Assembly (NCBI GenBank): GCA_040954595.2 | Contig: CM082584.2 | Location: 2,077,344-2,141,343, forward strand | Length of the DNA stretch: 64,000 bases | Reading direction: 5' to 3' | Origin: Balanoglossus misakiensis | Taxonomy: Eukaryota > Animalia > Hemichordata | Part shown: positions 1 through 13,994 of the stretch, in pieces | Layout: each line of letters starts with the position of its first letter | Position numbering within the stretch: position 1 is the first letter of the stretch | Notes under the pieces: generated by a model | Told to the model about the DNA's origin: nothing | Databases searched by the model: none | What the model saw: the letters and a program-made list of their open reading frames with translations, nothing else | Program-made: the position numbers and the translations under genes

Positions 1-2503
1 GTGTGGACGCACGGAGATTCTGTGGACTAATCCCCTGTGTTTGCAGAGAGTAAACACTGGCATTACACCGGTGTCAAAACTTTTAGTGAGAACAAGACTA
101 TGGAGGTACTAGATAGAAGGAGCGAGGACGCTATTGTTTCCTATAAACCCCATGTTCGTCTTAATCTGTTTGCAGATATCATTAGGATCTCATCCTTTTA
201 TCACCTGATAGGCGTTCATAAAAGCTGTGCGCTTGCGTAGATAAACAAATTATAGCTGGCGGCGTGTCTCCATGATTTACATTTAGCATATTCAACCAGA
301 CCAAACTGCTGTGCCGAAAGTCTCTGCACTAGCAATTACAATGGTGACTATCGGGCATCCCACACCATCCCACGCGAACAAAAATACTTGCATCGGGAAG
401 ATTGGTTTTCAAAGAAAACCTAAGAACTTATTGTTTTTTGCGGAAGTTTGCGAAAAACTCAAAATATACATTTCAAAATCATGCTTTTTGGTTGTACAAA
501 GAAGAAAAATAACGCCACAAGTCTTCCAAGACGTCCGCCTGACACGTTTCCGGTAGTGGTGATGCGTAAACTTCACCCCTAGATGTAAATAAAAGTCACC
601 ACGCATATGTAGTACGCTCGTCCGCGATGTGCGCATTGTGTTTTTAATATCATAGAAATATTACCCCGTAGATCTTGCAAACCTAACTGTAAAATCGGCG
701 GTAACGCACAGTGGGTTCAAAGGACGCTTTCAACACAGAAACACAAAGACTTAAGAAGCTTATCACACTTCAGAAGAAAGGGAGTTAATCCGCTTAAAAT
801 CCGTCCTCGCTCCTTCTCTCTAGTACCTCCATGCACACATGAAACCACGCAACCACGAGGCTGAAGCCTTGGAAACCACCTAAGCTCGGCAATGCGTGTG
901 TGCTCATGAATATGTAATATCTAATTCGCATATTCATGAAAAAGTAACCAAAAAAACAGGAAAACATTTTTAAAATACCAATAAAAAATTAAAAAAACTA
1001 AACATTTGCAGTTTTTCTTTATTTACAATTTGATATATTTTTAGATTTTCAGTCAACATTTTTTTTAATTTTTCGAGTTTTTTTTAAACATGCCGGGTTC
1101 AGAGATTTGTCCTTCCATGACTAGAGAAGCAATCAGGGATCGTCACATACGTCGGGTGCGGGATAACACTGTCCGCGGAAATGTTGATTTTGTTGCCCCA
1201 ACTACTGAAGATAAGACAGCAATTCAACGTAAAATTTCAAAGCTTCGAACTCTGATGAAGGAGGGTAGGGCAACAAATTTTGACGTGTTATCAACGGTAC
1301 TTGATTTCTTCCTGACGAGTCACGAAACGAACGGCAATGGTGGTATGCGTGACGAACCAGAAGAAGGTGCTTTCCACGAACCAGTGTACCAGAGGTGTCC
1401 AATAGAACGGACCAGATGTATTTGACAACGACCCTCTCTGTCCAGAACCTCGTAAAAACTGTCGAATCACACTCCGGAGCATGTCGAGGAACTCTTGCCT
1501 CAAAGCGCACGACTATGATGGGCCACGCGGGGAGGGTCAGTTTCAAGTGCGAGGAAGATCACGGATTCAATTGGAATTCTTCGCCGTATTTACCGAACGG
1601 GAGACTACTCGTCAACTACAGGTAAGTGTAAATACAGTGACATTGTATGATACGGACTTATATTGTTTTGTCATCTTTTATTTACCAAGAATACGTCAAT
1701 GTATTATGCTCTCGCGTCGTAACTTTGAAATGCTATGAACATTATCCAACAGATTGTTACACGGGTTGTTGTCAGCTGGCGTACGGACGCGGACTTATGA
1801 CACTGTAACCAGCAGTGCAAATATGGGGTCGTTGAAGGACAAGTATAGAACGAAATGTAAGCTTACACTTTCTTATAGCTGAAACTATCTAGTTTTATAT
1901 TTATTTGTGATCAGTCCTACTTTTAGTGTGGTCAACTTACATTGATTCTCAGACTGTTTCAATATAGTGTATGACCATGGAGTTACAGACATGACTGCAG
2001 CATATAAAGACATGTCAAGACAATTTTTTTTCCAAATGTATTAACTGTCGACCATCATCACAGTCACCCCATGACTGTGCTGGCATATAAAGTAGGCAAA
2101 TCATCACTAATATTTGGGTCGCTGCAAGGGAAAAGGGCCCTTATGCAAGTGTACGTCATTTTTAGTAATTTGCATTTGAATAGGTGACGTTCTATGTGTG
2201 CTTTTCATATGCAAATATTCGCCTGCACGCTGGAGGAAAATGGATTTGTTCAGTATATTGCCCAACTTTTTTGAGAAAATGACAAAAGATATTCAAAGTA
2301 TATCACGAAACACAGAACATTTATGTCATTTCTTCACTGAATTCGATTTCTATAGCTCAAAAAACACTTCTCACGTAGAGCGTTTACATTGTATCTAATT
2401 TTATTCCCGCCATTTTGCTCAGTTCATATACACGTGACCTCAGCGCTAAGGAGGTCAGAGTCAGAAATCGCTGTGCTACTGATGTTTCCCGTTGCGTAAA
2501 ATC

Positions 2504-5500
2504 ATGGCATTCTCGGTACCTCTCGACCCGCAATTAAATGCCGAGCTGCGGACTTTGCTCGAAGAACGCCACGACGAGTTGGTCGAAACATTTAGTCCGC
2601 CGCAATCTAGGGAGAATTCCCAGTGTTCTGTTTCAGCCGATAGTGTACGCGATCACTGCCACCAGGGAGACGACGACGATAGCGATGAAGACGAGCCAGT
2701 ACCTGAAGCAGAGCCAGTCGAATTGGCGAGACTGTACTCTCAGTTACACCCAGAGATGGGTCAAGAAGATCGCGAAGAAGGAAATGACTGTGACGCCTTG
2801 GATAAGCCATCGGTGGAGGCCGTAATGCGGACTGGGTGTGTTTGTAAACACCAGTGCTACTCGAACTTTGCTGTGGACAGGGTGTGGGAATACCGTTTGA
2901 ACATGTCAGAATTCCAGAAAGACCATCTTGATGTTCTCATCCTTGCAAAGTTAGAACAGTGTGAGGTTCATGGAGAACCTGTCCGTGGTGGTAAACGTGC
3001 GCGACAGTCCTTTGATTAACGTCTTTGAAGGTCAACGCGTGTGTGAAAAAGTTTGGCGTTACATTCACAACTTGGGTGAGTGGCAGGGTATTTTTACGTT
3101 GGCACCAATGATTTATTTACACGTCGTGATATCCTCATCACACCCTGTGCGAGCATGATTACTCGAAATGTGGATTGTTAGGTGAATTATTGCATCCGAT
3201 TGTTGATTTTTAATAGATTCCCCACATCACGTAGTTTACCGTAGTGCAGCAGTGACAGTCAATAAAGGATGATGATGTCATCTTTTTCCTCCCTCACATG
3301 ACCTTTGTTTACTTGGGGATTTTTCTCAAAGAGTTTTCTAAGTGTCCTGGCCCCCACAATCTTGATGTTGATTTTTTAAGAGAAGACACAACTTAACAGT
3401 AATTTCTTTTTAAATGTGTATCAAACGATTTTGAGAAGATTTAAACTACAGAGAAGTCATTGTTTTGACATAATCTTGGGATAGTATTAGTTAGTATTAT
3501 CATCCTATAACTCTAATTATAGGGGAGAAAAGGTTCAAGAATTTAAAGGCCCACTACAAAATCCATGGTGTGGTACCCAGAGATCATGGTCGTCGAGGAA
3601 AACGACCAGCCAATGCCTATTCATTTGAAGTAAGTATTACATTTCTGCATGCCATAACAAATATCTTTAAGAAGTATATTCTTATACCATGTAAATGTGT
3701 ATAAGAGTGTACTTATACTTGGTAATAAATTTCATATTTATGGTTTATTATTATCACGCAAACATGTGCTTTTATGTCAAAGGGACAGGAATAGGTGCTC
3801 AGTACAGACAGGTTTCCAGATTAGACAGGGTTCGGTTTATTGTTGCCTTGAGTCGTAACAAAGGCGTCAGGATTTATTATAACACACCATGCAGCGAACA
3901 CTCGATCGTGATTCGTCAATACGCCGTCACGTGACCTTAGTCATTTCGAACTGTTCCCTAGGGCATGATTTCGATCGGTTTCTGCCTGGTACTGTTGCCT
4001 GGATGTGGTGTGTGTCATGTTTGGTGTGTTATAAAACACATGATGACTGACATATTCGGGCAACGGTGTATTTTTGATGACCTCGGGACTGCTAGTCACA
4101 ACTAAAACAGTCTTGTTTTCCCTATGCCCTCAGTCCCAAGGTCATCAAAAATACACTGTTGCCCTCATTGTCACAGTCAGTCATCATGTGTATACAGTAA
4201 TACTGTATCTGGGCCCCTCAATATCTTGTCTCCTCCTCCTGACAGCTGCTTCATATGCTGGCCATCTTGAAGTAGTATTTTTCACCCACAGTTTGGAGCA
4301 TGCCCAATTGACACTGAGACTTTCACATGGACCCTCCGACATTGAATCAGTGCTCGACCACACACAACATCCACTTTGCAGGATGAGAATAAAAATCTTG
4401 TCAAAATGAATAAATGGTAGAGACCGATTATTCATTTCGGCCAGTTTTTCACTCTCGCATCTTCAAGTGGGATGGAAGTTGTGTTTGGTCAACATTGATT
4501 CCCTATATCCACACGTAGAATAACAAATGGTGTCTTGTATCAAACATAATTAATGGAAAAAAGGGCAGTGAGAGAGAGACTTTGTCCCTTTAGGTGGTTT
4601 GCTATCTAACCTGTATATGTGTTCTCAGTGTTCACTAATTTATTTTGAGTGACTTAACTATTCTTTTTTCCAAACAGACAGTGCAAGATGCTGTTCAGTT
4701 CCTGGTCAGATATGCAGATGACAATGGTCTGCCTATGCCAGCTGCTCCTTGTGGTAGAGATGGAAGGCCTCCAATTTATCTTCCATCCTGTGACACCAAG
4801 GCTGGTATGTATAAGAAGTATGTGGAGGCCTGTAATGTTTGTCAGCCAACCAAGCAGCCTGTGGGGGAGACAACTTTCCGAAATATCTGGAAATTGTGTG
4901 TACCACACATTCAGCGAATGGAACCTCGTACAGATGTGTGTGCCAAATGTGAACACTTCCGGAATGAAATTCAGTTTGCCTCAACAGAAGAAGACAAACT
5001 GAACTCTAGTATTGCATTCTCAGGACACATTTTGAAATCACAAAATGAAAGAGAATTTCTGAACTTGTGCATTAGAAAGGCACAGGATGAACTCAGAGAC
5101 ATTGAAGTTCAGCCCCCATGTAGTCCTTGCTCTTATGATTTACATAATGTTCATTATACATTTGATTTTGCACAGAGTTTTCTGCTGCCCCATCAGTCTC
5201 GTCAAGTTAGTCCACTGTATTTTCTGAATCCACTACGTGTAAATTGCTTTGGTATATGTAATGATAGTCAACAATCTCAAATGAATTATCTGTTTGATGA
5301 GTCTGAGACCATTGGCATTGATAACAGAAAGTGCCATGGTGCCAATAATGTAGTTAGCATGCTTCACAATTATTTTGAGGAGCATGGATTGGGTGAAAAG
5401 AGTTGTCATTGCCATGCTGACAACTGTGGAGGTCAGAATAAAAACAAAACTGTCATTCATTATTTTTGTTACCGTACCAGTACTGGTTAACATGACGAAA

Positions 5501-5991
5501 TTAATTATCATTTCTTGGAACCAGGTCATACAAAGTGCATTTGTGATGCTTGTTTCGGTAAGATTCGGCAAGTGTATCGTAGAAGTGATGTTGACACAGT
5601 TCAGCAGCTGGCAGACATTGTGTCAAAAAGTTCACGAATAAACAATGTGAAATGTTATGGCAGTCGGAATTCTGATCCCAACTTTCAATGGTTTGAGTGG
5701 GATTCATTTTTTTCTTCATTTCTCAAACCATTGAAGGGAATTCGTGTTTATCATCATTTTAGATTCACCAAGAATGATCCTGGTGCTGTATATGTTAGAA
5801 AATTAGTCACAGATGATGAAATCCGTATAGATCTGCTCAAAAGAAATGCTACTTGGCCTCCATCACCACATATAAAACCCTCTGTATTGCCTGCTGGAGG
5901 AATGAGTTTAGCCAGATGGAGAGAGTTACATAAGGAAATTGTTCCATTTGTCAGACAGCCATTTAGACATGCATTTTGCCCTGAAGAGTAA
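2504..5991 (+). pseudogene. Sola transposase, 3 exons (2504-3076, 3523-3629, 4678-5991), disrupted
   Basis: Motifs PRDHGRRGKRPANA, TDVCAKC, HYTFDFAQ, HADNCGGQNKN and EPGHTKCICDACFG (DDD triad typical of Sola); phase-compatible GT-AG introns; +1 frameshift at ~3016 and in-frame TAA at 5488-5490. Confidence 0.88.
4380..4501. repeat. Short dispersed repeat with internal hairpin (copy 1, in Sola intron)
   Basis: Reverse-complement similarity to 13870-13994; both contain the AAAATGAATAA...TTATTCATTT inverted repeat and AAGTGGGATGGAAGTTGTG. Confidence 0.7.
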
Positions 5992-8900
5992 ATCCAAAAA
6001 CCCACTGAATACTCTTGCATGTATGTAGTACTGAAAATAAATGCAAACTTGTAAATATTTAAATGTTATCTGAAAAAAATGATAGTTAGAATTGTATGTA
6101 GCAATATCAGTGATGTAATGGTTGGAGTTCTGACACTACAGGTAGCCATGGCAACAGTTTAGATGGAGACTGCTGGTAGCCATGGCAACAGTTATGTCAA
6201 TAATGTCATGTAAATATTCATATTTTCGGAGGATGTGATGTGTAGAGTTTTGGCACTTGTGGTGTCTAATAAAATGTATTTTTAAATAGAACTAGCATCA
6301 TCTTGTGTGCTTTCCACCCCTATGATATAATGGAATGACAGACACCCCCTCTCCCCCTAAAAAGTTGATTTAGTCAGTACCTACGGTATAAATGGATACA
6401 GATCTTCCATGTAGTTGGGAAAAGATGTTTGGTTTTTAAACCTCTTTATTGTGAAAAAAAAACAGTGAATTTTATTTGTGGGCTGAGGTCAAAGGTCATA
6501 TGTCACATTCAATGGGCCACAAATGCCATTTCCAGGTGTAAGTTCATAGTGAGCGGCACACATATGAAAAGAGGAGCACAGGTACTATCAAAAAACGACA
6601 AAAAATAAAAATCGAAAAATCCATGCATAAGGGCCCTTTTCCCTTGCGGCGGCCCATTTCTCGTCTGTCTTTTTTTTTTATTCAGTTTTTGAGAAGTACC
6701 GACAAACTGTCCACAATGAAGCGGTCAAATCCATGGATGATGCATTAAACGAGGTATGACATTTCACCACCCAAAAACAACTAAATAAATGTTATTTGAT
6801 ATTTTTATCATGCCACATTTTATCCGTGTGTTCATATAGGCCTAATACATTTTGTTTTTGAATCCAATTTCAGGAAATCGCATCGGAAGACCGCACCATT
6901 AAGCTGGGGATTGAAAATATGAGCGATGCACGACACGGTACATGAAAGAATGCACAAAACTCTGACATAGTTGTACTTGGTGACATGTATGTAACAACTT
7001 TTCGTTAGAAATAACATTTTTCATCTCTATGGCAATGATGGTTATATGTATGGTAATGTGTTACCCTTACACGCACTCAATCGCATCGCTATTTCTGTCG
7101 ACAGTGAGTATTGTGTTTGGCATCAACACACTTCTCCGAACTGACATGCCACATGCTTTGACGTATACTGTTATTGTAATATATGGCAATTTTGGATTAA
7201 ATTCGAATAACTTTATTTGTAACTATTTTTCTTTGTTTTCGAACCCATAAGTGCATCCATAAGAAGTTGGTCAGGAAGCACGATGACCCGTGTTCCCAAA
7301 GACACGAGATGGTTGGGATCAGGCGATTTTATAACTGGGCTGATGAAAAAGGTAAAACATAGTATTAACACGGTGCTTTCCCATCAGTATCAGTAAAATC
7401 CTTGCTAAATGTTTTTACAAAACTTGAGGCATGTACATGGACCACATATAAAACGATAATTATAATTCTATGCAAGAAAATATGTCACACTGACAACCGG
7501 CTATTGCAAATGATTACATTTACAGGGGTTCCAATTTTAGTTCATGGCCACGACAACAACGCGTCTGTAAACAAATTCCTGCGAGAGGAAAGGCCAGATA
7601 CCATCAGCAGCAACGACACATGGCATGGTAAGGCTTCATTCTTACTTGACAGGGGAAGGTGTAGCAGCAAAAACACTCCAATTTAGTACATGTACATAAG
7701 GACGTCACATACATTTTTAGCTGACGACTTTTGATCATCTGTAAACTTATAATTTGAAAGTGAATATGTGTATTCAGGTTTGTTTTCAAGGCAGAGTTGC
7801 ATCAATCCAGGTACCATTAATTGATTCTGTTTCATCGTGTACACGTAGGCGAGGAGCTGTAACATCAATGCTTGTTTTTATTTTACAGTTACCAAGGCAA
7901 TAGGCCGAGAGATGAAACGAGTAACCACGGGGACACAACGAAACATGAACGTAACCTGGCACCCTGAACTTGCAGATAAAGGTAAAATCACACACATTTT
8001 ATGTTTTCTCAATCGCAATGTTAAGTTTTCACTTTTGGTCAGGTATCTGTGGTTACGAGTTTCTGTTTCATGTTCAGTTTTATGCGTTGAATATTTTTTT
8101 TCCTCTTATGCAGCTTTGAAAATGGAGATATTAAACGTAAAGCCATTTCGTTTGTGATAACAATTATTACAAATTCAACTATGTGTTCACCTCTCCACAG
8201 GGGCCAATGTAAAGACACATTGCTACTGGGCCATGACACGGGCAAAACAACACCTTCTGGACAATGGCAACACAACCCGGGCACGAACCGAAGCAGCGGC
8301 GCTAATCCGAAAAAAAATTAGACAATATTGTCGCTCATTATCAGGTAATTACCTTTGAATGAAACAAAAATAACTTTTTTGATTAAATAAAATAGTTGAA
8401 AATGTAACCATCGCCATCACACATTCTTTTAAAGTTATCTGTGGATGCCAACATCAGGACAAAACCGTGACTGTGCTTCTTAAATTCCATCAAATAGACG
8501 GTACATGTTATCTTTTCGATCTGTAGGATAATCACGCTGGGTGTGACCCAAAATCGAGGTGTCGGAATAGCGCGAATTACGAAGCATCGTTCCGCCCAAT
8601 CAGGCAATCGAAAGCAGCTGACCTCCTGAGGCATGCAGTAAGAAAGACGCAGCTGTACAAGAAGCCAGAGAATTATGTTGATGTGAGTTTTTTAAGTATT
8701 ACATAGCATGAGGTAAATGTAGGTGTGCTTAGCTATGTGTATTGAATGACAATGTTTAGCTTGAAACACGATTTCAGAATACAGGTACATGTAGTTACAA
8801 TGTGCAGTGTTTGAACACCACCATGCAGCAGATAGAGCATAGCAGTATTTCTCTCAGGCTTTCTTGTACCGAGATTATGCTGTAGTTTTTGTCAGCTATA

Positions 8901-11753
8901 TGCAGACACGATTATGGAAAACCAAAGTCTCTACTCTTTGTAAAGATTTTATTTTATTTTCCATTCTAGTGTAAAGACACACACTATGTTGAGAGCTTCA
9001 ACAATGTTGCGCATCCCATTAAAAAAAACTCCTATAAATTCAGGAGTGATCTCACCTGTCTGGACTGGGTAAGTTTTATTTTATTTCCGAGTGTGTTCAT
9101 GTTTTCCCCATGATAATTTACAATGTTTCTGTGCAAGCTTATCACTGACAAAACAATAAAATATGACGCAGAAGCGAAAGTGGTGTCAACCAATACCAGG
9201 AAGAGTCGGCGAGGAAGGCAGTACAGGAGGAGGTCTGAGCGCAGGGTATTGACGGAAAAAAACAAGTCGTTGGAGGACCAATGTGTGGAGGCGTTTTGTC
9301 GAAGAAGTTTTTAGTGCCTCTCTGTAGAAACCCAGAGACGTATGCTCTAGTGCATACACATACCAAACGGCCCTTATCAGGGCCACCACATCCTTCAAAA
9401 AGAGAACTACCGTAATCACCAAAACACTTCGTAATAAAAAATTAAAAAGAAATGCACAAATCATTACACAGGCACACATACTCACATATAAAAGTGAATA
9501 AAGAAGTACACTACACACCCGAGGATATGACTTTGGTGTTATTTTAATGTACCATTCATTTTTGTCAAAAACAATCACCACTCAAAGAAAACTGCCAAAA
9601 ATAAAGATGTATCGCATTATAATATGTAAAATAATGTCGTCTCTTAAAAAACCTTAAACGGACTCTTCACTTCAGTGATGCCCGGATTTGATGAAATATC
9701 GAAACGTACGGAAACGCAGAAAGTCAGTCAAAGAATTGTTTTGCTATCAATCACGTGATCTGGCCATGTGACCCACGGCGTTGTCATTTCCAAGTGACGG
9801 GCAAGCAATATTTCGCCATTCAGTAAAAGATTTTTCCAAGTATGTTTTTATTTTAAAAACCGCCAGACACGTACCATGTATCAGGTATAATGCCTCCACG
9901 CTATTGAAGTTGCCCGTCATCTGGATATTTGAATGCTAACGTAACTGTGCCTGAGCGTGCGTGCTGCTGTACACGGGCGCGACAGCTTCACGAGTGCATA
10001 TAGCCGCGCCTATAGGCCCATGTCGCAATAGCAATAGATAGGACTTTCTACCTGCAAATCATGACGCACCAAGTATCAAGACATGCTGCCAATCATTTAT
10101 AGTTTTGGTAATTCGACTTGTATTCCTTTCATGTGGAATTTTCGACAAGCATCTGAGCTCCCTTCAAAAATTACCGACGCCACGATCGCGATTGTCAGCA
10201 ATTAAAACAATGCGGACATTTTCGCATCGTTCATTTCCGGGGATCAGTCTAGCTTGAACTGGGTTTGTATCGATGTCGATCTATAAACTTGATGATCGCG
10301 AATTCAGACATTTCAACGCCTATTTTGAGTAGCGATCCGCTCTCAAGTTGATAGGAAAATTATAGACAGGCCTGTGCCGAGCCGCCCCAGCCGTGCGCAA
10401 GTGGATTGACCGACGCGTGGTACGGTAGCCGGTCATGCATGCAGGATGACTGTTTTGCATGCTGCCGGCTGCGCCTCCAATCACAATTGCTTGAGGTCAA
10501 AGTCGTCATCAAGACGGTCCTGCCTCGCAGGACAAATGCAAGTAAGAATCAATACACGCTGATTTCAGATCATAGTGAGGTGAATACAGCTTCTTTGTGC
10601 GAGATTGCGTTGTAGGGCTTACTTTACAGAGCATTGTCCGAAGTTTCGCGATCGCATTCCAGAGCTTGCACCTGTGCGCGCTTGGGAGAATTGAGCGTCG
10701 AAGTGGTTAGAGCGATCGGCCTCTTGCTTTCCAGTTGACCGTAAACAGTCTCTACTGTACTCGTGTGCAGCTAGACCATGGCACGGCCGTTATCGTTATC
10801 TGTAATACCTAGCACCCTTTATAGGATTAGCTAAGGTGGTAAACTGTTGTGATTGGAGTGTGTTTTTAACGTACTGTAGGTTAAACATCGCAACTAGCCT
10901 AATGTTTGACTAGGAGGAGCACCTACTAATGCGAAAACCAGGGATTGAAAATTGCCCCTTTAAACATCGACAGACAAATGACACATTTTTCCCCCTTTAT
11001 TTTGTAGAACAGAAGTAAAATGTTCTTGGAGAAGCAAATTTAAATTGTTTTGTGTTCTTTTCACAATTTTAGAAAAATGAAATATGACGACAAGTTGACT
11101 GTAGAAACGGAAGGTTTGGGGTACTTTAGGCACATCACAGATAAATAAACACGAAACGCATTAATTTTTCAGCTGGAAAACTAAAGCCCTAGGCCTGCCC
11201 ATCAGTTTCCTCCCATAGACAACCTTCACAATGGGACACCATCCCTGTTTCGTTCAGGAATCTCCCTGGGTTACCTCCAGGGGACGTATAGAATGCATTA
11301 GTGACAATTAAAACGCCATCGACTTTATCCTGTATTATTTTGTAATATTTTCACGGAATCTGAGATTGAAAATTAAGTATTCCAACCATCAGCAATAATT
11401 TACTTTCAAAAAGTCTAACCGTTGAGAGCTATTTATAGAATAGAGTAATTTTGACATTAAGGCCGAACCCTGTTGTTGAGTATTAAGATTTAATTTTAAT
11501 TTTTCGATTAGTGATCTATTTCTTATGCATGAATGAAAAAAAATAATTGACAGATCTCAGTCTTACAGATGTTTATTTTATCACCATGGTAACAACTTCT
11601 TATCGGTATATAGAGGGTTGTTTGTCTCGTATCGCGCTACTGATATTGAAAAGTAACCTTCCTAATTTCAACAAGCTGTAAATTTTATAGACGTGTAACT
11701 CGTGCTCATTTTCTTCTTCTTCTTCTTCTTTTTAATTTCTGTGCCGACGGCTT

Positions 11754-11897
11754 CAGTGCCCAACGTTCGATTCTGGCAGGTGGTTTCGAAATTGGATTGT
11801 TGTATATGTGGACCAACGGCTTGTGGTCTGTCACAATGGTGAATTTCTGACCATATACATACAAGTGGAATCGTTCGCATGCCCATACAACGGCAAG
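11754..11897 (-). mobile_element. Ty3/Gypsy LTR retrotransposon Pol (RNase H) fragment
   Basis: Translates to LAVVWACERFHLYVYGQKFTIVTDHKPLVHIYNNPISKPPARIERWAL, the Gypsy RNase H TDHKPL...RIERW signature; no LTRs or other Pol domains nearby. Confidence 0.9.
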
Positions 11898-13869
11898 GCC
11901 GGGATCCAGCCGGGATCGAGCATTAAACATGAAGCAGACGACAAAAAGTGACAAGACGGGCATCGCGCGTGGCAAAGTGAAAAATATTTCCACAGAGCAA
12001 TTTCAAAATAAAACGTCCGTTAATTCAACAGTATTGTTGTTTTATTTATTTGGTTTAAACACGCGCGACTGTGGTTTTTGCTGCCATATGCTAGTTCAGC
12101 AGGGGCCCGTTTTAGCTCTGCCAGCAGTGCATTATGAGTATTTTAGCATCGCTGGATTGAGCTCTCGTCCAATCAGAATTGCGGACGGTAGCATGATATA
12201 ATATAATACTGTATATATACCATTTATATATTTGCGACAAAATTATGGTCATATATTGCCAAAGAAAACAATGGATTTCAAATAGAATTGTTTTATCAAA
12301 CTCTGGATATATTTATTATTTAGCAGCATTCAAAAATGGCTAACGATGCAGTTTTTAATTTATTAAATTCATCCATATCAAACACAGAAATGTTGTCTAC
12401 CTAGGATAGGATGACTAGAACAATCATCTATACAAAGTCAGTCCCCCCAGATCAATGAGAATAAAAAGTGCCTTGCTCAAGGGCACAAAATCATTGAAGT
12501 TTATGCCATTTCCACTCAAGTTGGACTGGAAGTCAAATATGAAGACATTTGTTGGAATTTCTCTTATCTCATATACTTATCTGCATTCTGATTGTGAGCT
12601 GATATGTTATGAGGGATTTTATTCTGAAATTGTTCTTTTTGGTGCTATGGTCTATTTATTTCCTAAGTGTCACATTCCACTGGAATGAATTGTCTCTCCC
12701 ATCAGAAAACAGCATCTAGACCCCCCCCTGGGGATACCAAATGATGACTCCCTGAGTACTTAACTCACTCCAAAATAAAATCAACCCAGTGCCAATTCTT
12801 CAAACATTTCAAGTAAAATTTGCCTGATAGAAGTTTCTCTTGATGAAAATCACTTGTGACTCTGAAGTGTTGCACAGAAAAGAACTTGTTTCTTTTTTTC
12901 TTTCTTCAAAGGGTGGAAAGTGTACCAGTCACAAATCAACGTCGTAACCAGGGTAACTACCAATTTCATGTCAAAGTTCATACATGCTATCCTCTGCTCG
13001 CATTAATAGCGATGTTTTGGGCGATTTCTGAGGGAGACTACACTTTCTACATGCTCAATCATGAAGGTAGCTGTGTTGTGATTGGTTATCTACACATTTG
13101 TCTCAGTCAGCAACCAATCAAAGCACAGCTTACTTTCCAGTAGTTGAGTGAAAAAACAAATCATTAAGTTGGTTATTTTCACAAAGATCAGTCCTCCAAA
13201 CTCTTCCATGTTTTTGTATTAAAGTGTATATGAAGTCGATTTGAAAAAAAAAAAGATTTTCATCACCTTGGTTTCATAAAAAAATAAACAATGTTCACCA
13301 TGGAGTTATAGCGGCCATTTTGAATTTCAAATTTGAGACAATTTTTGTCATTCAAATTTTTACGGTGAATAATTAATCTGTATTCTTTGTTTTAAGCAAG
13401 AATAATCTAAAGTTGTATTGAGGAGAATATGACTGATTTTGAAGGTGCACATTAAAACCAAACATGAGAAGCAGTAGGAATAGTTCATGTCTTGTATTGC
13501 AATAATTTGGCAGCCCGTGTTCAACTCGGGGGGTGGGGGGTGGGGGGGGGGGGGAATGCTAACAATGGACACACATATACACAAAAGATTGCAAAAGTAA
13601 AAGATTTATTTTGAACACATCAAGGATTTTAAAAACCTATAAAGAATCTTTCTGGCTGTGAAGAAGCAGTAAATAATTCATTTCTCAAGTCCTCATGAAA
13701 AAGAACTGTAAAACTGCAGTTATGGAAACTGCATTGCAAGGATTGGTAACAGATAATATTCATATCCAAGATGAGGTCATACATGGAATAACATTTAAAG
13801 GGACAAAATCTCTCTCTTGCTGCCATTTTTCTGTTAATTATGTTTGATACAAGACTGTGGATATATAGT

Positions 13870-13994
13870 GAATCAACGTTCGACCACCCACAACTTCCAT
13901 CCCACTTGTAGACACGAGAGTAAAACACTCGTCAAAATGAATAATCAGTCTCTACCGTTTATTCATTTTGGCGAGATTTTTACTCTTATATCCT
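13870..13994. repeat. Short dispersed repeat with internal hairpin (copy 2)
   Basis: Inverted homolog of 4380-4501; followed by TTAA (tcctTTAA), compatible with a TTAA-targeting non-autonomous element end. Confidence 0.65.

Larger units (their letters stand above)
2116..6655 (+). mobile_element. Full-length Sola-superfamily DNA transposon (4540 bp) inserted in intron 2 of the transposase pseudogene
   Basis: TIRs 2116-2147 (GGGTCGCTGCAAGGGAAAAGGGCCCTTATGCA) and 6624-6655 match 30/32; 4-bp TSD ATTT at 2112-2115 and 6656-6659; contains a Sola-type transposase. Confidence 0.92.
1090..9314 (+). pseudogene. Intron-rich Kolobok/Mutator-like DDE transposase pseudogene (exons ~1090-1621, 1753-1856, 6686-6753, 6874-6986, 7242-7351, 7526-7627, 7889-7981, 8201-8344, 8527-8682, 8970->~9314)
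   Basis: GT-AG junctions join in matching phase to give ...WNSSPYLPNGRLLVNYRLLHGLLSAG...FFEKYRQTVHNEAVKSMDDALNE-EIASEDRTIKLGIENMSDARHGT*KNAQNSDIVVLGD-ITHKCIHKKLVRKHDDPCSQRHE...-VHGHDNNASVNKFLREERPDTISSNDTWH-VTKAIG...WHPELADK-...HCYWAM...LDNIVAHYQ-DNHAGCDPKSRC...-CKDTHYVESFNN. The D(DARH)/D(HDNN)/E(ESFNN) triad and DxWH motif fit Kolobok/MULE-type transposases. Disabled by frameshifts (~1410, ~8315), TGA at 6943-6945 and a damaged acceptor (CG) at ~7241. Termini not identified. Confidence 0.8.

Noticed and set aside
904-939. Short inverted repeat TCATGAATATG...CATATTCATGA upstream of the transposase ATG
   Set aside because: Only 11-bp arms; could be a promoter element but there is no further support.
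9650-10965. Possible TTAA-flanked element, or terminus/second gene of the Kolobok-like transposon
   Set aside because: CpG-rich and TTAA-bounded, but the candidate ends are not convincing inverted repeats and the translations show no recognisable protein.
13527-13554. Poly-G tract / G-quadruplex
   Set aside because: Isolated low-complexity run without supporting context.
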